DNA of 52,150 bases from a virus (IMGVR_UViG_3300024979_000007:1-52150), one strand, 5' to 3'; positions 28,928 through 38,859 are shown, numbered from the stretch's first letter. The notes: generated by a model not told the origin, from the sequence alone. Numbers and translations are program-made.

Positions 28928-30166
28928 ATGTCACTTTCAGACAGTTGGCTGAAATCGGCGCACGGCAAAGAGTGCGACAAACCCTACGAAAAAACAGACC
29001 GCGATGGCCTGAGTGTGCGTGTATCGGCCAAAGGCAAAATTGTCTTTCAGATGCGCTTTCGTTACCTTGGCAAAATGCAGCGCTGTGACATCGGCACCTA
29101 TCCACTTATCTCTCTAAAGACTGCCCGGGAAGAATGCCTGAGGTATCGTGCTGCTTTAGAGAAGGGCGATGATCCACGGATAGTAAAAGCGGTTGAACGA
29201 ATGGAGCGGCAAAACGCCGGCACAGTCACAGAACTGTTTGAGCAGTGGTATAAATCTGATGTCGAGGGGCATAACGCTCAGGCTGCAAAGCTGTGGAGTT
29301 CTATCGACAAGCACCTATTGCCAACACTCGGGCATCTACCGGCCCAACAGATAACATTGCACCACTGGCTGGGCGTGATCGAACCGCTGGCCAAAAAGAC
29401 TCCTGCAATGTCGGCTCGTCTGCTTCGGCTGACCAAGCAAATGATGCGCTGGGCGGTGAAGCGTAACCTGCTGGAATCAAACCCGCTGAGTGACTTCACC
29501 AGTGTTGACCTCAACATTAAGCGCAGTGTTGGTGAGCGGATCTTAAGTGATGATGATCTGCGCCGCTTATATGAGTACATCGAGACCAATCAGCAGGCAG
29601 AGCCAAAGAACCTGGCCTTTATCCAGCTATGCCTTCTATATGGATGCCGGAACGGCGAGCTGCGTAAAGCCAAGGTGGCTGACTTCGATTTTAAAAACCG
29701 GATCTGGACCATTCCGGCAGAGAACCGGAAAACCAACAAAACCGGCAAGCCACTGCTGCGCCCAATCCCGCCAGAGTTTGACGACCTGATCAAGCAGCTG
29801 ATTGCATTGGCGCCGGGCGAATACCTAATCCCAGTGCGAGACAAAGACGAGCCACTAACCAGCAGTGCATCTGTCAGTTTGCCATATAAGGTGATGAACT
29901 GGTTTCAGCGCCGGCAGAGTATCAGCATGGAGCATTGGTCAATGCATGACTTGCGCCGAACAGCGCGGACGCACTTTAGCGGCCTGACCGAACCCCACAT
30001 TGCTGAGATTATGCTGGATCACAAACTGCCTGGTGTCTGGCAGGTTTACGATAAGCATGATTATCTGGAACAACAGATGCGGGCCTACCAGGCATGGCAC
30101 AGAAAGCTGATGATCATCATTGGCAAGGCTGAAGCTGATAACGTGGTTGAGATGAAGCGGGGGTGA
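28928..30166 (+). CDS. int: Tyrosine integrase with arm-binding domain (DUF4102-type)
   Basis: GLSVRVS..G..IGTYP.ISLK.AR; catalytic motifs GCRNGEL, HDLRR, LDH and VY. Confidence 0.96.
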   Translation: MSLSDSWLKSAHGKECDKPYEKTDRDGLSVRVSAKGKIVFQMRFRYLGKMQRCDIGTYPLISLKTAREECLRYRAALEKGDDPRIVKAVERMERQNAGTVTELFEQWYKSDVEGHNAQAAKLWSSIDKHLLPTLGHLPAQQITLHHWLGVIEPLAKKTPAMSARLLRLTKQMMRWAVKRNLLESNPLSDFTSVDLNIKRSVGERILSDDDLRRLYEYIETNQQAEPKNLAFIQLCLLYGCRNGELRKAKVADFDFKNRIWTIPAENRKTNKTGKPLLRPIPPEFDDLIKQLIALAPGEYLIPVRDKDEPLTSSASVSLPYKVMNWFQRRQSISMEHWSMHDLRRTARTHFSGLTEPHIAEIMLDHKLPGVWQVYDKHDYLEQQMRAYQAWHRKLMIIIGKAEADNVVEMKRG

Positions 30167-30169
30167 TTT

Positions 30170-30862
30170 ATGCGTAATTTAGGTCTATTGGATAAGTCAC
30201 CACAGGTTGCCAGCGCGTTGATAACTATTAGTCTTTTCACCTCTGTCAGTTTCGATTACGCACTTTTTAAAGTCTTGGGAATTTCAATCTCGCAGATGCC
30301 ATTCAAATTAGAAGATCATATTAAATCGTGCGTTGATGTTTTTGCTTTTGTTTTTTCAGTATTTATCATGATTCAAATCACTAATTTTTTGCCGTTAAAA
30401 GGAAGCCCAAAAGCTATGTTGGCAAGCCCGTCAGAGAAACTGAAAAGTTTTAGTTTCCTCCCGTACTTTCTGTTGGGTTTATTTGCGATTCCTCTATACG
30501 GAGCGCTTCAAGTGCCATTTGGTTCGCAGTCTGTGATGCTTTATGCAATGAGTGCTATGGGGTTATATTTTTTCTTAACTATGACTTTCTTTAGTCACTT
30601 ATATAAGGTTGCTGGGGACAATGCTAAACATATAATTTTCCTGATTTTTGCCTTGATGGCTGTGCCAGCTGCTGGGTTTATAAAGGGCGTATTTATTAGG
30701 GATGGGGTTGGATCGAAGGTACATTTTAAGGATGACTCAACATCACAAGGTTATCTTTTAATAAAGGCTACAACAGATTACTTTGTAATGTGGGATACAA
30801 CAAAATCAGAAGTGATTCTGAAAAAGAGGGACAGTGCAGATACTGTCAGGATAGTTAACTGA
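30170..30862 (+). CDS. AT-rich multi-pass membrane protein (moron)
   Basis: About 6 hydrophobic segments; visibly more AT-rich than its flanks; begins 3 bp after int. Confidence 0.75.
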   Translation: MRNLGLLDKSPQVASALITISLFTSVSFDYALFKVLGISISQMPFKLEDHIKSCVDVFAFVFSVFIMIQITNFLPLKGSPKAMLASPSEKLKSFSFLPYFLLGLFAIPLYGALQVPFGSQSVMLYAMSAMGLYFFLTMTFFSHLYKVAGDNAKHIIFLIFALMAVPAAGFIKGVFIRDGVGSKVHFKDDSTSQGYLLIKATTDYFVMWDTTKSEVILKKRDSADTVRIVN

Positions 30863-31430
30863 GCCGACCTTCCAGCCGGCGCGTCGATATCGAGTCACGG
30901 CATGCCGCGCTGTAATCGCTAGGCGGGATCGGCTTTCACGGTGCCGCCTCATATTTCCGTGAAAACTCACTGCGGTTTTGCAGTCCTGCAGTTGACTGTT
31001 TCGTGTGGGTGCGTGGCTAAGTTATGAGTTAAACCTTTGCCAAGGGTAACTACGCGCTGCCATACGGCCAACTCCGCGCTAAGTCTCATTCAGAGTAATG
31101 AACTGCCAGCATTGGTTACTGGATAACGCTTGCCACCATTACTCTGGATTTCAGGTCCAGATGGTACGTTCAGCTCATTGGCTTTGGTGTCTGCCTCTGC
31201 CGCATCAGCCCGAAGCGCTTAACTGTTGGGGCCATTTTGCGCGACGCGGTTAGTACAAACACCAAACCAATAAACTGAGAGAGCCACCCCGTTGACTATG
31301 CCTCGTAAACTTAATTCAACGGGATGGAGTATTAAACTGGCCCCGCAGCCACCGATTTGAAGTTCGTTATGCTTTCAGCCTGGGCAAACCCTAAAACGTA
31401 CAACGTGTTTAAAGTTTCGGCTGCGGGGTG
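30862..31430. ncRNA. Candidate structured non-coding RNA block
   Basis: About 570 bp with no long ORF and at least 7 inverted repeats, several with G-U pairs on the + strand. Confidence 0.45.
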
Positions 31431-31466
31431 TCGTTTATTTTGCCTGTGTTTTTTCTAAGTTCAATA

Positions 31467-32018
31467 TCAGATACAGTGCAAAATGCGCTTACATTGCAGA
31501 CCGATCGGAGCGAACGGAATATCGTCGTCAAAATCAATCGGCGGTGCCATCGGGCCTCCGGGCATTTGGTTCTGAGCTGGCGTTGGTGCCGGGCGCTGGT
31601 TATAGCCGCCTTGTTGTGGAGCTGGCCGCGCCGGTGCTGGCCGGTTCTGGCCTGCTTGTGGTTGTGGTACGCCGTTGTTACTGACACCATCCAACATCTG
31701 CAGCTCGTTGGCGATAATCTCAGTGGTGTAACGCTCGACGCCTTGATTGTCCTGCCACTTGCGAGTGCGCAGACGGCCTTCGATATAAACCTTGCTGCCT
31801 TTCTTTAGGTACTCACCAGCGATTTCAGCCAGACGCTGGTAGATCACTACGCGATGCCATTCGGTTTGTTCCTTCTTCTCATTGGTCTGTTTGTCAGTCC
31901 AACTCTCTGAAGTGGCAATGGTGATATTGGCGATGGCGCCGCCGGTGCCGTTATAACGCACCTCCGGATCCGCGCCTAAATTGCCGATCAAAATGACTTT
32001 GTTGATGCCTCTGGCCAT
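31467..32018 (-). CDS. ssb: Single-stranded DNA-binding protein
   Basis: [37 protein letters not shown], plus a 14-aa extension. Confidence 0.97.
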   Translation of the reverse strand: MARGINKVILIGNLGADPEVRYNGTGGAIANITIATSESWTDKQTNEKKEQTEWHRVVIYQRLAEIAGEYLKKGSKVYIEGRLRTRKWQDNQGVERYTTEIIANELQMLDGVSNNGVPQPQAGQNRPAPARPAPQQGGYNQRPAPTPAQNQMPGGPMAPPIDFDDDIPFAPIGLQCKRILHCI

Positions 32019-32022
32019 ATCC

Positions 32023-32178
32023 TTACTCCCAATCCACTACGTCATAACAGCCGATCACAACCATCCAGCCATTCTTGATCCGCTGCCATAGCGTTGTGCA
32101 GTTCTCTGCGCGCGCTGGCTTGTTGTCTTTGCGTCGGGTTAAGTCCCAGTTTTTGATTTGTTGCGCTGTGTATCTCAT
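32023..32178 (-). CDS. Small hypothetical protein (51 aa, MRYTAQQIK...VDWE)
   Basis: Read by eye; ATGA overlap with the upstream gene; fills the gap before ssb. Confidence 0.65.
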   Translation of the reverse strand: MRYTAQQIKNWDLTRRKDNKPARAENCTTLWQRIKNGWMVVIGCYDVVDWE

Positions 32179-32459
32179 GCTTCCCTCGTTAGTTTCAGTT
32201 GTTCATTGGTGACATTGGCTGACTCTCGCCAGTCGCCGGTTCTTGTGTGCAGGTATTCTGCGTAATGGCCCGGGCCTTTGCGGTAAACAAACCGGCCAAT
32301 TTGCACTGTGCCGTAGTGTTCGCCGGTGTTGCCGTTATGGCCTATTGGATCAATGCGCTCCAGCTCCATCTTCCTGGGTAAACCTTGCCAGCAATCGACG
32401 TTAGTAGGCCCATCGAACCAGCATTTGCAGTCTGGGTATGTGCAGTGCTTATCCATCAC
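32175..32459 (-). CDS. Hypothetical protein
   Basis: Coupled ORF; IGHNGNTGEHY motif; ends REA like its neighbours. Confidence 0.65.
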   Translation of the reverse strand: MMDKHCTYPDCKCWFDGPTNVDCWQGLPRKMELERIDPIGHNGNTGEHYGTVQIGRFVYRKGPGHYAEYLHTRTGDWRESANVTNEQLKLTREA

Positions 32460-32668
32460 TCAATCACCCACATCCAAACGCATCCGCAGTACCAGGCCAC
32501 TGTCAGCAGCCAGCCAAAGTCACTATAGGTCCACGGATTGAGCAGGCTCAGGTCGATGCCGCGAAACAGAACCCACTTTGTGACGATAAGCAGAACGTGC
32601 AGCCCGGCACCGACGCCGAGCCACACCAGCCAGCGGAGCTGGCCGTATTGGGAGAATAGGGCAGTCAT
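32456..32668 (-). CDS. Small two-TM membrane protein
   Basis: GGAGG RBS and ATGA overlap with the methyltransferase stop; two hydrophobic segments. Confidence 0.6.
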   Translation of the reverse strand: MTALFSQYGQLRWLVWLGVGAGLHVLLIVTKWVLFRGIDLSLLNPWTYSDFGWLLTVAWYCGCVWMWVIE

Positions 32669-34320
32669 GCTGCCTCCTGTTCGCGTGTACAAAGTTCTGG
32701 TAAGTTCGCCCGCACCAATGCTTCTGCAAGTGGTGGTGATACTGAGTTTCCGCACCGGCCAACCTGCGATGCTTTTGACATAGGTTTGCCTGATGCGTCC
32801 CGGTCTATGATGTAGTCATCTGGGAAGCCTTGAGCTTTGAACAGCTCATGTGGCTGCAGCATGCGCATGCCGATGTCTACAATCACATGGTCAACGCCAT
32901 TCACGGTGACTAGGCCAAAGCGGTCGCGGCCAGTGATTGTGTGCAATGGGTCTTTCAGTTCGCAGCCGTCTTGCTCGTTGCCGTAATACTTAAGCAAAAA
33001 TGCCCGAACTTCTCCGACATGATTGCCACCGGCGGTAATCGTTGGCATCGGTTCAGTTACTGGCTGACCGTCTTGGCAGGTGCCGCGCAGCTTCACCAAG
33101 TGGCTGGTGATCAGAGCTTGTGTATTTGCTGTGCCAAGGCGTTTCTGCTTTCCGCCTGCAGTTATTGTGTGAACAGGTGAGTCCAGCTCATAGCCAACTG
33201 AGCCGGTCCTGAATTTCGTCATGAATGCAGCTACCAATTGAGACTTGCCGCCACCTCCTGCGGTAATTGTGGCGCTGGGCTCGTCGGCACCATGACCAAT
33301 GGATTTGCCGAACTGCCGGGCAATGACCGGAGCAACTACTGCAAAATGACCGCCTTTCACCTGGGCACAGATGGTGCGCAGCGGTTCATCAGCTGCCATA
33401 TTGCGCTGATTGCTAGCGTTGGCATGCTCAGTGATGAATGGGGTGAACCGGCCTTCGACAATAAACGGTTTATCTGACTCGATGACGTAACGCACCAGGC
33501 CTTTCGCGATCCGCTTCATGGTTGCGTCTGCCAGCGGTTTTTTGCGGCCGAAAATGCTCGGGCAAGGGATAGACCAGTCGATGCACTCAGCTGCTGTGCG
33601 GTACGGCTGCAACAGGCCAGATTTAACCTCTTTGCTATCCGGTTTGCCGTGCGTTGGCTTTGGCCACACAACCGGCCGACCGTCACACCGGGCAACCATA
33701 AACAGGCGCTTGCGGATAGTCGGCGCGCCATAGTCGCAGGCCCGCAGTTCGCGCCATTCAACTTTGTAGCCCAGCCCCTTAATCAGTGGTGCCGGATCTG
33801 TGATGCCTAACACTTCGCAGCACTCGGCCAGTGCCGGATGATCTGCAGCAATGCCGGTGCTCAGTATTGCTACGAATGCTTTGAAGGTTTCGCCTTTGCG
33901 GTCAGGGCAAGGGAAGTGATTGCCTTCCTCATCGGCAACCAGCGGTCCCCAAGTCTGATACTCTTCGACGTTTTCCAGCATTAGCGCTTTAGGCCGGACC
34001 TTTAACGCCCAGCGCACAGCAATCCAGCCAAGGCCGCGGATAAACTTACTGACCGGCTTCGAGCCTTTCGCTTTGCTGAAGTGAGTGCAGTCTGGTGACA
34101 GCCAGCACAGGTCAACTGGCCGACCAGCTGTTGCTTGCAGCGGATCCACATCAAACACTGATTCGCAGTAGTGCAGGGTGCCCGGGTGATTCGCTGTGTG
34201 CATGGCGATAGCATCCGGATCATGGTTGATTGCTATATCAACTGAGCGGCCGATAGCCATTTCAATACCAGTGGATGCGCCGCCACCGCCGGCAAAGTTA
34301 TCAATGATTAAGCTGCGCAT
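32665..34320 (-). CDS. DNA cytosine-C5 methyltransferase
   Basis: FAGGGG (motif I), SPDC (IV), ENV (VI), YGAPT.RKRLF (VIII), RML.P.E..AQGFP and GNSV (IX/X). Confidence 0.95.
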   Translation of the reverse strand: MRSLIIDNFAGGGGASTGIEMAIGRSVDIAINHDPDAIAMHTANHPGTLHYCESVFDVDPLQATAGRPVDLCWLSPDCTHFSKAKGSKPVSKFIRGLGWIAVRWALKVRPKALMLENVEEYQTWGPLVADEEGNHFPCPDRKGETFKAFVAILSTGIAADHPALAECCEVLGITDPAPLIKGLGYKVEWRELRACDYGAPTIRKRLFMVARCDGRPVVWPKPTHGKPDSKEVKSGLLQPYRTAAECIDWSIPCPSIFGRKKPLADATMKRIAKGLVRYVIESDKPFIVEGRFTPFITEHANASNQRNMAADEPLRTICAQVKGGHFAVVAPVIARQFGKSIGHGADEPSATITAGGGGKSQLVAAFMTKFRTGSVGYELDSPVHTITAGGKQKRLGTANTQALITSHLVKLRGTCQDGQPVTEPMPTITAGGNHVGEVRAFLLKYYGNEQDGCELKDPLHTITGRDRFGLVTVNGVDHVIVDIGMRMLQPHELFKAQGFPDDYIIDRDASGKPMSKASQVGRCGNSVSPPLAEALVRANLPELCTREQEAA

Positions 34321-35099
34321 GGTTTGCTTTCCTCGCTTCTCATTTTGTCTGAGATCATCATCTTGATGTGCTGGCCGGTTTTGAATTTGGCGTCCGGCAT
34401 AGTTAGCAATAGCCGGTTTGCCGATCCACAAAGCCGCTCGCGAAATTCTGGTGCAGCGCTGTAATGCAGATCTGCTAGTGCCTGGTCGACCATGTTGGTT
34501 ACTTCAAAAGGCCATTTGTGGGCGATTTCTGGTGATGCCTGAATCACCGGCTCAGCTGGTTTTTCTGGTTCTGCGGCCGGCTGTTGCGCCAATACCTCAC
34601 GGCCTTTGGCTATCAGCTCATCGCGCTGCACATGGCTCACCACTGGCGCGGTGCGGCCGAACGGATGCCAGATTAAAAACATGCTGCCTTTGTTGTTGCC
34701 GGCAGCTGGTTTGCCGGTTTGTGGATCCAAAAAGCTGATGCGGCCACCGACGATAAAGCGCACTTCCTGACAGGTTTTAATAGCCTCGGCATACCAGCCA
34801 ACACTGGTATCTGCCATGACCAGCATCACGCAGCCGATGCCTCTTTCTTTCGATTCAATAGCTGCCTTTCTAACCCAAGGGCCAATGTCAGAGTACGGGG
34901 GATTGCACCAGGCATAGGTGTTGAAAAAACCTTTGTTTTCACCAATCCAATAACACATATGCAAGGCATCAACTTCCTCACAGATGTAGCGCTCACAAAG
35001 CGCATTCTCTGCACTGGCAGCAACATCGATGCTGAAATCAAACTCCGCGTCCAGAGCTGCGAACAGCTCCGGGGGAGTGCGGTAGGCGTCACGGTTCAT
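34308..35099 (-). CDS. Phage DNA N6-adenine methyltransferase (Dam-like) with C-terminal extension
   Basis: YRTP..LF, DVAAS, WCNPPYS, DTSVGWY and GRISF motifs. Confidence 0.93.
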   Translation of the reverse strand: MNRDAYRTPPELFAALDAEFDFSIDVAASAENALCERYICEEVDALHMCYWIGENKGFFNTYAWCNPPYSDIGPWVRKAAIESKERGIGCVMLVMADTSVGWYAEAIKTCQEVRFIVGGRISFLDPQTGKPAAGNNKGSMFLIWHPFGRTAPVVSHVQRDELIAKGREVLAQQPAAEPEKPAEPVIQASPEIAHKWPFEVTNMVDQALADLHYSAAPEFRERLCGSANRLLLTMPDAKFKTGQHIKMMISDKMRSEESKPCAA

Positions 35100-35368
35100 G
35101 CTGCCACCTCGTCCAATAAAACAAAGTGCTCGTCGTTGAAAACCTCGTACAGCATCCAGTCATCGACTAATTCGACTTCCACATAGAGAGCAGTGTTTGG
35201 GTTTTCAACATCGATGAAGCAGTTATCCTGTGCCACTACGACACCAACCTGTGGCACGGCGCCGGTAGCTGATATGCCCGCATTCACCACCACTTGCCGG
35301 CCAATCAGGCCGGCAGCAGTGTGAAGTTCAACGGCCTCGTGGCCTGTTAAGGTTTTGCCGGTGATCAT
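35096..35368 (-). CDS. Hypothetical protein
   Basis: ATGA-coupled ORF in the leftward operon. Confidence 0.7.
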   Translation of the reverse strand: MITGKTLTGHEAVELHTAAGLIGRQVVVNAGISATGAVPQVGVVVAQDNCFIDVENPNTALYVEVELVDDWMLYEVFNDEHFVLLDEVAA

Positions 35369-35664
35369 GCCGCCTCCCGCCGCTCTAACCGCACAGCCAG
35401 CTGCGGATAGTGTTGAAGGATGTCGTTCATGCGCACTGCGAATTCAAAAGCAATGTCGTAGTGGCGCACGAAACGGTTTTTCTGGTTTGGGCCTACCGGC
35501 AGTAGCCATGCCCCTTCAACTTCACAGAAGGGGATGATAGCCATGCCGACTTTGATCGGGCTTCTGAATCGCAGCGCCAGTTGGCGCCGCTCTTCTTTGC
35601 TCAGTTCGAACTCTGTTGGCGCCGGCTTTTTGTTCTGGTGCCAACCGGCTTTCGTGCTGCTCAT
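35365..35664 (-). CDS. Hypothetical protein (DUF1317-like)
   Basis: SPIKVG..IP...GAWLLP motif; coupled ORF. Confidence 0.6.
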   Translation of the reverse strand: MSSTKAGWHQNKKPAPTEFELSKEERRQLALRFRSPIKVGMAIIPFCEVEGAWLLPVGPNQKNRFVRHYDIAFEFAVRMNDILQHYPQLAVRLERREAA

Positions 35665-35846
35665 GCGGCCTCCTGAGTCGGTGCATTTACATTGGCCAGG
35701 CGCTGCAGGTCAGCGACTGAATACTTCGGGGTCTTAAACTGAGGCAGGGCTTGCACCCGGCCTTCGTTCCGCCACCGCCACAGCGTGATGCTGGAAACGC
35801 CCAACATCTCCGCTGCCTTCTTTTGATTGAGGATGAGTGCTGACAT
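35661..35846 (-). CDS. xis: Excisionase-like HTH protein
   Basis: LNQKKAAEMLGVSSITLWRWRNEG..KYSVADL, a MerR/AlpA-type winged HTH. Confidence 0.75.
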   Translation of the reverse strand: MSALILNQKKAAEMLGVSSITLWRWRNEGRVQALPQFKTPKYSVADLQRLANVNAPTQEAA

Positions 35847-35847
35847 G

Positions 35848-36975
35848 TCATGCTCTCCAGAACACTCGGCCGGCGTGGACAATGCCAATCAGGCCATCTT
35901 CTTTAGTGCGGATCCCATACTGCTGAGCGTCAGCCTGCTGAGCCTCAATCGCGGCCTGAGCTGCCAGCTCAAAGCTGGGCGCGTTCAGCTTCACTACCTT
36001 GTCGCTCATTGGCGCGTAGTAAACTTTGAGAGCTTGCGATTGCGGGGCCGCAGCTTGCTGGGCTGGTGCCGGCTCTTGATGCTGCGCCACCGGTGCAGCC
36101 TGTTGCTGAGCGGCTTGCTCGGCTGCTTTGCGGGCATTTTCTTCAGCCTGGCGCGCGCGATCTTCAGCTTCACGAACTCGCTGACCTGCAGCCTCCTGCG
36201 CTAATCGATTGCGCTCATTCTCCCGAGCCATTTGCTCACGCAATTGAGCTTCAGCCTGCTCTTGGCGCTGCACTTCAGATTGCAGCATGGCTTCTAGGCG
36301 CATGCTGTAATCGGCTTCTGGCGCGAACAGGAACACTTCGACATGCGCCCGGGTTAACGGCGCTTTCAGGCCGGCTCGGTATGAGCGGTTTTCCAACTCG
36401 GACAGGCGCAGCTTGATGGTGTTTTCAGCGCCTTTATCATCCAGTGCGCGAGACTTGATATCGTTTGCCACTTTGCCGGTGAGCTTGCCGGTTGAGGTGA
36501 CGCTGCCAAGCAGTACCAGGTCATTGATGTTGGCTTTGCGGAATTCAGCAGACACATCCAGCGCATCCCACTCTTTGCCCAGCGCTTCGCCCAGCATGTT
36601 GCGGATGTTGTTCAGCGTTTCGGTTTCAAACACTGTGATCTGCGAACCCAGTTTTTCGACACCGCCTTTGCACATGGCGACCAGCTCTTTCATCTGAGCA
36701 TCAAAATCTTTGATTGGCGCGCTCACTGACTCGATAGCAACCTTGCGGCGCTTGTCGAACTCAGTGGCGTTTTTGTTCAGCTCAATCTTCAGCTTTTTGG
36801 CATCAGCCAGCGTGTCGGCTGTGACCACAACGTCATACTTTTTCAGGGCTTCGGTCAGCGCCTCTTTGATTTCAACAAAGTTCACGCTGATCACTGCCGG
36901 CGTAGACTGCACGCACATCAGTTCAGTGGCTGGCACTGTGCTTTCTTCAATTTGAATGGCTTCAACTGCAGACAT
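35848..36975 (-). CDS. DUF1351-family protein
   Basis: PAVISVNFVEIK..VVT..AKK...LNK..DKRRK...PIKDF; next to recT. Confidence 0.85.
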   Translation of the reverse strand: MSAVEAIQIEESTVPATELMCVQSTPAVISVNFVEIKEALTEALKKYDVVVTADTLADAKKLKIELNKNATEFDKRRKVAIESVSAPIKDFDAQMKELVAMCKGGVEKLGSQITVFETETLNNIRNMLGEALGKEWDALDVSAEFRKANINDLVLLGSVTSTGKLTGKVANDIKSRALDDKGAENTIKLRLSELENRSYRAGLKAPLTRAHVEVFLFAPEADYSMRLEAMLQSEVQRQEQAEAQLREQMARENERNRLAQEAAGQRVREAEDRARQAEENARKAAEQAAQQQAAPVAQHQEPAPAQQAAAPQSQALKVYYAPMSDKVVKLNAPSFELAAQAAIEAQQADAQQYGIRTKEDGLIGIVHAGRVFWRA

Positions 36976-36986
36976 GGTGAGTCTCC

Positions 36987-37916
36987 TTATGCTTGTTGAG
37001 TGAATTGAGCGCGGCGAGCTTTGTAGCTTTTAACCAGCGCAATGTAGTCGTCTGAATTGGCGGCAAACTTGGCCTTCACCTGAGCTTGCCAGTCGGCAAA
37101 GTGCTCTACTTCAGAGCAGTCCATCAGCATGGCTTCATACTTCTGGGCTTCCGGTGACAGGGCTGGTTCGTCATCGATGATCAAGGCGTCATCGTCACCG
37201 GTAACCAGTTCTGCCACAGGCTCAACAGTTACAGGTTGATTGGCAGCTGAGCGTGCTTTCAGTGAGCTAGCTAAGCCGCTGGTGCGCTGTTGTGGCTGGG
37301 CTGCAGTAGCTGCAGATTCAGGCACTGGATTGATGTCGCGTGGTTCAGCATCGCGCTCATGCAGTTCTTCTACTGAGTAGATGCCCATGATGGCGCCCGG
37401 CGCGTACAAGCGGCCCCAGTTCTTCACTTGCAGATAAGCCATCTGTTGCTTCGGGTTCGTTTTCCACAGTGGGCTGTTTTTGGTTGTGATCTGGTCGATG
37501 CGGAGCCATTCAGTCCAAGCAATTTCCGCCTCACCTGACGGGATAGCGCCAGCGCGGCAGGACAGGCTGTTGCCATCACCTTTGTATTCGTAGTGAAAGC
37601 GGCCACGGATAGCGCCGGATGACATCAGGACCGCGTTTACCAGCTGAGCTTCATAACCCAGCGTGCCGTTGACCAAGTGAGTCTTTTGACCAACTGCGAA
37701 TGGATCCATACCCCAGCGAGCGGCCTGCATGACGATTGCCAGACAATCCGATGGCTTGCCTTGGAGGTGCTTTGGTACGGTACTCACACCAGCTGCCATC
37801 ACTTCTGCAAAATGCATCATGGCGTTCATAGCTGTTGGGTTGGTCAGAATACTAATGGTGTTCACTGCGCTTACTACGGTATCTGGCTGCGCTGCCAGCT
37901 GTGTTGCTGCATTCAT
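36987..37916 (-). CDS. recT: RecT-family single-strand annealing protein
   Basis: VPKHLQGKPSDCLAIVMQA..WGMDPF..NGTLGYEAQLV..NSPLWK..PKQQ..W.RLYAP. Confidence 0.93.
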   Translation of the reverse strand: MNAATQLAAQPDTVVSAVNTISILTNPTAMNAMMHFAEVMAAGVSTVPKHLQGKPSDCLAIVMQAARWGMDPFAVGQKTHLVNGTLGYEAQLVNAVLMSSGAIRGRFHYEYKGDGNSLSCRAGAIPSGEAEIAWTEWLRIDQITTKNSPLWKTNPKQQMAYLQVKNWGRLYAPGAIMGIYSVEELHERDAEPRDINPVPESAATAAQPQQRTSGLASSLKARSAANQPVTVEPVAELVTGDDDALIIDDEPALSPEAQKYEAMLMDCSEVEHFADWQAQVKAKFAANSDDYIALVKSYKARRAQFTQQA

Positions 37917-37939
37917 GGTGCTTCTCCAGTAATTAAAAA

Positions 37940-38857
37940 TCAGGCCCAGCGAGGGCGGTTCAGGGTGCGAACGTGCAGCCAGTCATCAGTCTGGCGGCAT
38001 GCTGCGTATGCTTGTAAATCACGGCGATACAGGTCGTGGCCTTCCTGCTTCCAGTCAGCTGGCAGGCGAACAACGTCGACGCCATAGCGGCCGGCGCTGA
38101 TTGAGCTGCTGACAATCAGGAATAGAAAATCAGGGATTTCGCCGAAGTGGTTGCGGTAGCCATCGGTGTACATTGCGTCCTGTACGTGGTACCGGAAATC
38201 AGACACGTGGCGGTCAAAGCGATCCAGTCCATCAACCTTTTTCACATCCACAATCACTGGCCCAAGCTCGGGAATGATTGGCATGCGGTCTGGGCGAATG
38301 CGGCACAGCTCATTGGTTTGCGCATCGTTCCAGTAGATGCTGGCTTCGTTGTGGCCTTGGGCCTCGAAAATCAGGCGGGCCACCGGGTGAGCCATCACGC
38401 TGTCTTTCATGATCTGCAGCTTGGCCGCATCTTCAGCGGTCAGCGGTGTCATGCCTTGCGCATAGGCTTGAGCCAGAAATTCAGACTCAGCTTCGCGGCC
38501 AGCAGTGGTGCGGCGATTGAATTCAGGCGCGACCTGAAACCGTTTTTCGAACTCAGTTGGTTCCAGCAGTGCGCAGTGCAGGGCGCTACCTAAATCCAGC
38601 GCTTGCAGTGCCAGGTAGTCGACCGGTGCTTTCTTGTGCCAGATGTAGGCGGATGGGTTCACAGCAATCAGATCTAAACCTGATTTGCTGACGCCTGGGC
38701 CTGAGTGGTATGCCTCGTTGCTCATGGCGTAATAGATGCCGGTGCCGGCAAATTCATCGCCATCAGCAGCTGCTACATCCACAACATCATCAGCAAAAAT
38801 CAGCTCTTCTTCGTCAGCGAATGTCACTTCACCAAACAGATCGAGGGGTGGCGTCAT
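37940..38857 (-). CDS. recE: RecE/exonuclease VIII-like PD-(D/E)XK nuclease (DUF3799)
   Basis: SNEAYH...VSKSGLD, GSALHC..LEP, EASIYW, RIRPD, IVDVK, YHVQDAMY. Confidence 0.92.
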   Translation of the reverse strand: MTPPLDLFGEVTFADEEELIFADDVVDVAAADGDEFAGTGIYYAMSNEAYHSGPGVSKSGLDLIAVNPSAYIWHKKAPVDYLALQALDLGSALHCALLEPTEFEKRFQVAPEFNRRTTAGREAESEFLAQAYAQGMTPLTAEDAAKLQIMKDSVMAHPVARLIFEAQGHNEASIYWNDAQTNELCRIRPDRMPIIPELGPVIVDVKKVDGLDRFDRHVSDFRYHVQDAMYTDGYRNHFGEIPDFLFLIVSSSISAGRYGVDVVRLPADWKQEGHDLYRRDLQAYAACRQTDDWLHVRTLNRPRWA

Positions 38858-38859
38858 GG

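Noticed and set aside
31336-31430. tRNA-like TTCAAATC...GCCA on the minus strand
   Set aside because: No paired T stem, D arm or anticodon arm; treated as part of the structured block. I found no convincing tRNA in the window
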